Below, piece by piece: positions 59,595-64,000 of a stretch of DNA of 64,000 bases. Positions within the stretch are counted from its first letter, which is position 1; every line of letters starts with the position of its first letter. The DNA lies in the IMG/VR virus record IMGVR_UViG_3300017917_000952, positions 142,752 to 206,751 of that record; one strand, written 5' to 3'. A program made the position numbers and the translations under genes. A model generated the notes under the pieces. It did not search any database and was not told the origin of the DNA. It saw only the letters and a list, made by a program, of their open reading frames with translations.

Positions 59595-59623
59595 ATTATA
59601 CGGCCGTTGGAAAAACCTGTCAA
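59595..59623 (-). promoter_or_regulatory. Early promoter P6, TTGACA-17-TATAAT
   Basis: Exact consensus; upstream AACCCT motif. Confidence 0.85.
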
Positions 59624-59626
59624 CCT

Positions 59627-59971
59627 TTAGGGTTGTTGTTTTTCTGCCACATGCTTGCACTGACCGCGGAACTTGAACCCAGGACAGGTACAGGACCAAA
59701 CGCCATCTTCTTCAGTGAGGTAATACTTCTCGCCACGACTGCCCTCTACGGTGATCACGCCCGGGTCCACGGTTGGAGTGCCTTCTTCAAGCTCAACAAA
59801 GGTCCTGCCTCGCGTGTCGAGCTTCAAGGGGTTCTTGAACTTGAACAACTTCTTAGAACCTCTGGGCACATAGGCCACAGCCTGCGTCATCGAGTCGTTC
59901 ATCACGTAGACGTGGTTGCAGTTCTGACCAAAGCCGTCAGTCCAAGTAGTGGTCTCAAGCATTATCTTCAT
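59627..59971 (-). CDS. SWIM zinc-finger protein (leaderless)
   Basis: WSCTCPGF.FR..CKHV motif; ATG 6 nt after TATAAT. Confidence 0.8.
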   Translation of the reverse strand: MKIMLETTTWTDGFGQNCNHVYVMNDSMTQAVAYVPRGSKKLFKFKNPLKLDTRGRTFVELEEGTPTVDPGVITVEGSRGEKYYLTEEDGVWSCTCPGFKFRGQCKHVAEKQQP

Positions 59972-59977
59972 GACTGT

Positions 59978-60006
59978 ATTATACGGTCAATCGATCTGGA
60001 TGTCAA
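59978..60006 (-). promoter_or_regulatory. Early promoter P7, TTGACA-17-TATAAT-6-ATG (leaderless)
   Basis: The -35 lies inside the V-D codons of the upstream gene. Confidence 0.8.
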
Positions 60007-60172
60007 CCAAGCGGCCTTCGCGGAAGATGAAGTATTCGTTGATCATGCCGTAGTAGGCCCAGATGCAGTCGTTGCCCGGGACCAGGGTGTAGCTCTTGAT
60101 CCCTCGCTTTTCATAGTGCTCTGCAACCAGAAGGACTTCCAGTTCGTTTAGGCTAGGGTCAATTCGGATCAT
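59987..60172 (-). CDS. Hypothetical early protein
   Basis: 61 aa; ATGA coupling. Confidence 0.65.
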   Translation of the reverse strand: MIRIDPSLNELEVLLVAEHYEKRGIKSYTLVPGNDCIWAYYGMINEYFIFREGRLVDIQID

Positions 60173-60384
60173 GCTCGCTCCATCATTCTCATCAGTTCAT
60201 TGTGCAGGTAGCCCATTTCCTCGTGCTCCACATAGAAGTCAGTACGGGGATCCCAGTAGCGACCTTCCTTCGGATCGTAGTACAGAACACGACCACCTGC
60301 GAACACGAACGGTCCTTCGAGGCCTTTGCGTGGGCCGTAGCCCTGGAGCAGTTCTTCCGTCTTACCAAGCACCTTGTATCCCAT
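60169..60384 (-). CDS. Hypothetical early protein (GLEGPF...LYYDPKEG.Y.DP.TD motif)
   Basis: Own promoter and RBS. Confidence 0.75.
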   Translation of the reverse strand: MGYKVLGKTEELLQGYGPRKGLEGPFVFAGGRVLYYDPKEGRYWDPRTDFYVEHEEMGYLHNELMRMMERA

Positions 60385-60410
60385 AGTCTGCTCCTTGTTG
60401 CGATGTATGT

Positions 60411-60439
60411 ATTATATCACCAATTGGAGTGCCTGTCAA
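60411..60439 (-). promoter_or_regulatory. Early promoter P8, TTGACA-17-TATAAT
   Basis: The -35 and spacer lie in the upstream coding sequence; its stop abuts the -10. Confidence 0.85.
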
Positions 60440-60764
60440 CCTCTTCTTGCGTGAATTGCCCGCCGCTACGGTCGGGATTTGCGGCCCAACTCTCCTGCAA
60501 TCTGCGCTCGCGCTCTGCTTCGTGCTTAGGGTCAATGTAGGCACTGTCCAGCAAGAGTTGATAGGCCAACTTCTCCAGGTTTGAGGGCATGTCGCCCATG
60601 GCTACACGGTTAGGAATCCGCTCCAGTTCGTCGATGCACTTCTGCACGAAGTCCACATGCATCTCAATGCCCACACTGTGCATAGGACGAAGCAGAACGA
60701 CGGGAGCAGTGCCCTTGGGTTGCAGGTTAGCCCTAAGGCGTTGGATGATGTCTTGGTCTTTCAT
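60417..60764 (-). CDS. Hypothetical early protein
   Basis: 115 aa; C-terminal SW..NPDRSGGQFT.EE motif. Confidence 0.65.
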   Translation of the reverse strand: MKDQDIIQRLRANLQPKGTAPVVLLRPMHSVGIEMHVDFVQKCIDELERIPNRVAMGDMPSNLEKLAYQLLLDSAYIDPKHEAERERRLQESWAANPDRSGGQFTQEEVDRHSNW

Positions 60765-60925
60765 ACGTTCACCTGTAAGACAACAGTTTCGTCGTCGTAT
60801 TCGTTAGCCTCGAAGTGATCCACCTGCTCTACATCGTAGATCTCTCCGCCCATGTTGTCATTAACTTCGACCAAGCAATCCTGCGGCATGGTCTTCAGGA
60901 TCTTGATCAGTTCTGCTACAGTCAT
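60761..60925 (-). CDS. 54-aa acidic hypothetical protein (MTVAELIKIL...), not in the ORF track
   Basis: Manually translated open frame; AAGGA RBS; ATGA coupling. Confidence 0.65.
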   Translation of the reverse strand: MTVAELIKILKTMPQDCLVEVNDNMGGEIYDVEQVDHFEANEYDDETVVLQVNV

Positions 60926-60926
60926 T

Positions 60927-61115
60927 TCAACGGTCCTTCAGTCGCTTCATGACCTTGAGCAGGTCGGGGTTGTTTTTGATCTTCTCCATAGCAGCCTCTT
61001 GCCGCTCCCACAGCAGGCGCTCGGCTTCAGTTTCCAGATTGTTGGCATAGTGGCCGTTGCCGCGATTCTGATCCTGCTTCTGCCACTTTGCGATCTGCTT
61101 CTTGGAAACTTTCAT
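60927..61115 (-). CDS. Hypothetical early protein
   Basis: Start MKVSKK after AAGGAGCA and promoter P9. Confidence 0.7.
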   Translation of the reverse strand: MKVSKKQIAKWQKQDQNRGNGHYANNLETEAERLLWERQEAAMEKIKNNPDLLKVMKRLKDR

Positions 61116-61142
61116 CGTCTGCTCCTTGCTGTCTATGTGTGT

Positions 61143-61184
61143 ATTATACCTTCTTTTGGATAACCCGTCAACCAAACGGGTTAT
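61143..61184 (-). promoter_or_regulatory. Early promoter P9, TTGACG-17-TATAAT, with 9-bp inverted repeat ATAACCCGT/ACGGGTTAT
   Basis: Repeat arms at 61160-68 and 61176-84. Confidence 0.85.
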
Positions 61185-61309
61185 TCGCTCCAAACGGGTT
61201 CGAAGGTGTAGCCCTTTTGCTGATAGTAGAGTCCATCGAAACTCTGCCAATCGCGGATGGGGATTACCAGTCCCAACTCTACTACACGGTAAGCAACAAT
61301 CGTCTTCAT
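61181..61309 (-). CDS. 42-aa hypothetical protein (leaderless)
   Basis: TATAAT-ACACAC-ATG; MKTIVAYR... Confidence 0.6.
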   Translation of the reverse strand: MKTIVAYRVVELGLVIPIRDWQSFDGLYYQQKGYTFEPVWSE

Positions 61310-61315
61310 GTGTGT

Positions 61316-61345
61316 ATTATACAGTCTCTTTGGCAGTTTGGACAA
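61316..61345 (-). promoter_or_regulatory. Early promoter P10, TTGTCC-18-TATAAT-6-ATG (leaderless)
   Basis: The -10 contains the upstream TAA stop. Confidence 0.7.
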
Positions 61346-61457
61346 CCGAATTGTCAAACAATGTGCCACCGTAGGCCTGCTGGAATGTCTGGGCAGTGGC
61401 CAGCAGGTAGAACTGATAGACGCGGCCGGTAGGAGTGATCAGTGTGTACTTCATCAT
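61317..61457 (-). CDS. 46-aa hypothetical protein (MMKYTLITPTGRVYQFY...), not in the ORF track
   Basis: Manually translated; TAATG overlap with the upstream gene; ends in the P10 -10 box. Confidence 0.6.
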   Translation of the reverse strand: MMKYTLITPTGRVYQFYLLATAQTFQQAYGGTLFDNSVVQTAKETV

Positions 61458-61641
61458 TACTTCTCGATTTTAACGCAAATGGGGGTCTTGATGTTCATGC
61501 CCCAGCGGAGATCGTCAACGGCCTTGTAGACAACCTTAGCGGCTGCTTCGCACTTTTCTTTAGTAGTGTGAACTCAGGGCCCATGTTCCAGTTGCTACCA
61601 GTGCCTACTACAATCATGACCCAAACAACCATTGCGTTCAT
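61457..61641 (-). pseudogene. Small exported/membrane protein gene with a frameshift near 61566-61570
   Basis: Removing 2 nt (AC) joins MNAMVV...GPEF to TTKEKCEAAAK...ICVKIEK*, whose stop overlaps the next ATG. Confidence 0.6.
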
Positions 61642-61668
61642 CGTGTGCTCCTTACTGTCTATGCATGT

Positions 61669-61711
61669 ATTATAACACCGTTTTGGATAACCCGTCAACC
61701 ACTAGGGTTAT
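61669..61711 (-). promoter_or_regulatory. Early promoter P11, TTGACG-18-TATAAT, with ATAACCC-11-GGGTTAT
   Basis: 21 bp identical to P9. Confidence 0.8.
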
Positions 61712-61717
61712 AGAGTC

Positions 61718-61751
61718 AAAAGAATAGGGCGGCTCTCCCGAGCGGCCCTAT
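61718..61751 (-). terminator. Intrinsic terminator with GGGA tetraloop
   Basis: ATAGGGC-C-GCTC-GGGA-GAGC-C-GCCCTAT-TCTTTT. Confidence 0.75.
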
Positions 61752-61823
61752 CCAACACTAACACGGCTGAGGGAGCAACTCAACCGGCCCGGGACACTAC
61801 CCCCGGGACTTCGGAGCAACCAA
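61718..61823 (-). ncRNA. Candidate structured 3'-UTR/small RNA with two GUUGCUCC anti-SD motifs
   Basis: Three hairpins, two with G-U pairs that form only on the minus strand; no ORF; ends in a terminator. Confidence 0.4.
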
Positions 61824-62093
61824 TTAAGCGAGGCCTAACTGGATGGCACGGTAACCAGCGGCAACAACACGACGGCTGGGCATACCGATTTCATATTCGG
61901 TAACAGTAACACCATTACCAGCCTTGCGAGTGTTTGCATAAACAGCATAACCTGCTTGACGGATACGGCTTGCCTCTGCGGCAACGTTCTTGATACCGAA
62001 ACGCTTCTGTGCTTCAGAAGCAGTAACTTTCTCACCACTCTTCAATGCGGTCAGCATCTTGAATGTCTTTGTACCTTGATTGATCTTCAACAT
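61824..62093 (-). CDS. Winged helix-turn-helix DNA-binding protein
   Basis: L.AL.SG...T..EA..RFG..N..A..S.IR..GY pattern; CAAGGA RBS. Confidence 0.75.
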   Translation of the reverse strand: MLKINQGTKTFKMLTALKSGEKVTASEAQKRFGIKNVAAEASRIRQAGYAVYANTRKAGNGVTVTEYEIGMPSRRVVAAGYRAIQLGLA

Positions 62094-62109
62094 TTTCTTT
62101 TCCTTGTTT

Positions 62110-62162
62110 TTAGACTGCTGTGCAGTTGATATAATAGTACAGCAGTCTAAGGTCAAGGTCAA
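62110..62162 (-). promoter_or_regulatory. Promoter P12 (TTGACC-17-TACTAT) with 12-bp perfect inverted repeat TTAGACTGCTGT/ACAGCAGTCTAA, operator-like
   Basis: Arms at 62110-21 and 62139-50 flank the -10 and start site; the -35 contains the upstream TGA. Confidence 0.7.
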
Positions 62163-62377
62163 GCATCAATCTTGCCAAATTCTTTTTGTGTGTAGTATTG
62201 GTTTAACCTACGCTGAATCATCGTAAGCAGATCACCGTGATCGTCCGAAACAATGAATCGGACAGGGCAACGGCCCCAGGTGTTGTGCTTGACGAATTCA
62301 AAATACCATTTGCGGTGCTGACGATTCGTCTCGTCAAAAGCCACCCAAGGTCTACCAACGAATGCTAATCTGCTCAT
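62159..62377 (-). CDS. Hypothetical protein (RP.V.FD..N..HR...W..CPVRF motif)
   Basis: GGAG RBS. Confidence 0.7.
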   Translation of the reverse strand: MSRLAFVGRPWVAFDETNRQHRKWYFEFVKHNTWGRCPVRFIVSDDHGDLLTMIQRRLNQYYTQKEFGKIDA

Positions 62378-62467
62378 CTGTTTGCTCCAGTGAATATCCC
62401 GCTGTATTGTGTAGATACCCGGTCTTACGGCACTCTGGCCCGCCGGGCGCCTTCACACGGCAGTAAC

Positions 62468-62884
62468 TTAGAACGGAGCGTCTTCCAGTTGTGCTTCGAC
62501 TTCAGCCTTGGAAACAACAGTTTCTTTGACAGCGGTCTTAGCCTTAGCAGCCTTGGCCTTTGCCTTGATAGCGTCCATAGACGGCTTGGACTTCTTGGCA
62601 GGAGCCTTGGCCTTAGGTGCAGCCTTAGCAGCCTTAGGGGTCTCGGTGCGCTTCTCAACCTCTGCTTCGATAGCGGCACGAACTGCGGCATTGCCGTTGT
62701 CAAAGTTGATCTGAAGCAGGAATGCCACAGCCTCGTCTTTGGTCATCGGATGCTTGAGCTCGATGATATCAATGTCCTTGTGGCCGTTCTTGGCCAGGAC
62801 CTTAACACGCATCTGATCATTAGCAAAGCGAGCCTTGATCTTGCCGTTGAGAGTAGAAACACCTGCGAACTTGAATGTAGACAT
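62468..62884 (-). CDS. Protein with histone-H1-like Ala/Lys/Pro tail ending LEDAPF
   Basis: AKAAPKAKAPAKK repeats; AAGGAG RBS. Confidence 0.75.
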   Translation of the reverse strand: MSTFKFAGVSTLNGKIKARFANDQMRVKVLAKNGHKDIDIIELKHPMTKDEAVAFLLQINFDNGNAAVRAAIEAEVEKRTETPKAAKAAPKAKAPAKKSKPSMDAIKAKAKAAKAKTAVKETVVSKAEVEAQLEDAPF

Positions 62885-62944
62885 GAAAATCTCCTTGTGT
62901 GTATGTCTGTGAATGTCTGCGTCATTACCTAACGCATTAATAAT

Positions 62945-62973
62945 AGTTTAACGTCTTTGGACAGGTTTGTCAA
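62945..62973 (-). promoter_or_regulatory. Promoter P13, TTGACA-17-TAAACT; leader has a 5' hairpin
   Basis: Leader hairpin UGCGUUA-5-UGACGCA followed by a CA-rich tract. Confidence 0.7.
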
Positions 62974-62983
62974 CCAAAATGTG

Positions 62984-63169
62984 TCAAGAGTTTAGTGTGT
63001 TGTATGGGCTAAGTTCATCCTCCTGTGGCGAATCTGCCACACCAAAACTTTCCAGAACCTCGAGCACCGTTTCGATTGGGCAGTTCAGTTCTGCGGCAAT
63101 CCGTTTGGCACTCAGGCCGTCAATGTACAGTTGTTCAATGTCGTACAGTAGCTCTGCAACCTTGCTCAT
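62984..63169 (-). CDS. Small HTH-like protein
   Basis: G.SA..IA..L.CP...V..V pattern. Confidence 0.6.
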   Translation of the reverse strand: MSKVAELLYDIEQLYIDGLSAKRIAAELNCPIETVLEVLESFGVADSPQEDELSPYNTLNS

Positions 63170-63552
63170 TCTTCGTTCTCCATTGCTTGAAACTCAAAAG
63201 CCTCGCTCAGCAGTCCGTCAAACTCACCGTAGAACTCCACGTACCAACGGCCGTCGCGACGCAGGATATAGTTGTATTCTTCGAACTGGCCGTTCTTGCG
63301 ATAGTCAGCATAGTCCTTAAACATACGCTGAGGGCAGTCCTCGCCGCGTTCCTTGTAGAACTCACAGCCGTCAACGGTCTCGCTCAGCGTAGACATGTCG
63401 CCGTTGTCCAGCAGTTCGCGGACTTCGAACGGATCGGTGTAGGCATTCAGCAGGATCTTGCCGTTGTGATCCAGGTAGCCATCCCAGTGGCAGTAGATTT
63501 GACCCACGGTACCGTCTGCGTATTCCAGGGCGATCATGCTTCGTGTTGCCAT
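63166..63552 (-). CDS. Hypothetical phage early protein (M.TRS.I...YCHWDGY family)
   Basis: Own promoter and RBS. Confidence 0.75.
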   Translation of the reverse strand: MATRSMIALEYADGTVGQIYCHWDGYLDHNGKILLNAYTDPFEVRELLDNGDMSTLSETVDGCEFYKERGEDCPQRMFKDYADYRKNGQFEEYNYILRRDGRWYVEFYGEFDGLLSEAFEFQAMENEE

Positions 63553-63586
63553 TTGCGTTGCTCCTTAGTGCGTTGTCGATGTGCTA

Positions 63587-63615
63587 ATTATACAGTGGTT
63601 TTACCAACCTGTCAA
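63587..63615 (-). promoter_or_regulatory. Early promoter P14, TTGACA-17-TATAAT
   Basis: Leader shares 18 bp with P2. Confidence 0.85.
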
Positions 63616-63619
63616 CCAA

Positions 63620-63763
63620 TTACTTGGCCTTTTTGGCGGGCTTCTGCTTGGCTTCCTGGGCAGCAATCTTGCCACTGTAGGCACTGCCGGCCTTGTGGAT
63701 CAGACCAGTCTTGGTGAAAGTGATAGTGCCGCCAGTGCTAGAAGGAATAGTTTTGCCGATCAT
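63620..63763 (-). CDS. 47-aa basic hypothetical protein
   Basis: Start MIGKT after GGAGCA and P15. Confidence 0.65.
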   Translation of the reverse strand: MIGKTIPSSTGGTITFTKTGLIHKAGSAYSGKIAAQEAKQKPAKKAK

Positions 63764-63794
63764 TGTGTGCTCCAATTGCGTTGTTGATGTGTGT

Positions 63795-63823
63795 ATTATA
63801 GCAGGACTTCTAAGCCCTGTCAA
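63795..63823 (-). promoter_or_regulatory. Early promoter P15, TTGACA-17-TATAAT
   Basis: Exact consensus; TAACCCTAG motif upstream. Confidence 0.85.
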
Positions 63824-63832
63824 CTACTAGGG

Positions 63833-64000
63833 TTAATCTAGCAGGCACTTGACCACAATAGCAGGGCCGTAGGCCCAAGGACCATTACCGCCATCAGTGA
63901 CCTTGACATTCTCAGCGCCTGCGGCCTTTTGCAGAGCGATAAGCAGATTGGTGTTGTTGCGGAAGTAGCACTTGACACGGCGCTCCGTGCCAGTGTGGGC
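63833..64000 (-). CDS. 3' part of a hypothetical protein running off the window edge
   Basis: Open frame ...RRVKCYF...KCLLD*; its stop is the TAA of the TAACCC motif. Confidence 0.55.
   Translation of the reverse strand, partial: AHTGTERRVKCYFRNNTNLLIALQKAAGAENVKVTDGGNGPWAYGPAIVVKCLLD

Noticed and set aside
61718-62467. tRNA or self-cleaving ribozyme in the structured gaps
   Set aside because: No T-loop/D-loop cloverleaf and no hammerhead or twister core recognised by eye. An Rfam scan is needed to exclude this fully.
62982-62987. Additional TTGACA as a 16th promoter
   Set aside because: No plausible -10 at 16-18 bp spacing; it only supplies the stop codon of the upstream gene.
56341-63787. 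Long plus-strand ORFs in the early region (e.g. 59198..60151, 63025..63717)
   Set aside because: They are antisense to compact minus-strand genes that have promoters and RBSs, and are expected in GC-richer DNA.
57397-63835. Reiterated ~28-bp motif read as a CRISPR array or integron attC sites
   Set aside because: Copies are degenerate, spaced 170-730 bp apart by intact ORFs, and resolve into -35/-10/RBS elements. No cas or integrase gene, and no attC R-box structure, was seen.

Overview
This is a 64-kb segment of a large T4-related (jumbo-type) myophage genome, probably infecting a Gram-negative host. 1-17 kb: long Gly/Thr/Ala-rich virion and fibre genes, including a 2520-aa modular fibre ending in an S74-type chaperone. 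17-35 kb: neck, tail sheath and tube, head completion, terminase and other morphogenesis genes. 35-49 kb: a replication/recombination block (gp32-like SSB, UvsX, UvsY, UvsW, clamp-loader subunit, miniature DnaE, primase, gp41-like helicase) interrupted by an ADP-heptose gene cluster. 49-56 kb: accessory metabolic genes. 56-64 kb: a visibly more GC-rich, all-minus-strand early region of about 28 short genes. The most striking features are regulatory. (i) The early region holds 15 sigma70-type promoters; 13 have an exact TATAAT, and most are followed by a shared CA-rich leader with an AAGGAGCA RBS and are often fused into the 3' end or stop codon of the upstream gene. (ii) Inside this array, an HTH gene with an operator-like inverted repeat has a structured 3' RNA exposing two GUUGCUCC (anti-GGAGCA) motifs. 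(iii) At least 13 late or accessory genes have a T4-late-type TAAATA (once TAAGTA) box only 5-7 nt before the start codon and no RBS, i.e. apparently leaderless mRNAs. Together these suggest a possible SD-led-early to leaderless-late translational switch; this is inference. Other points: two early proteins with SSB-C-terminal-like acidic-xPF tails, a GcrA-CTD-like protein, and two broken genes. All product calls come from motif recognition by eye; no database searches were run.
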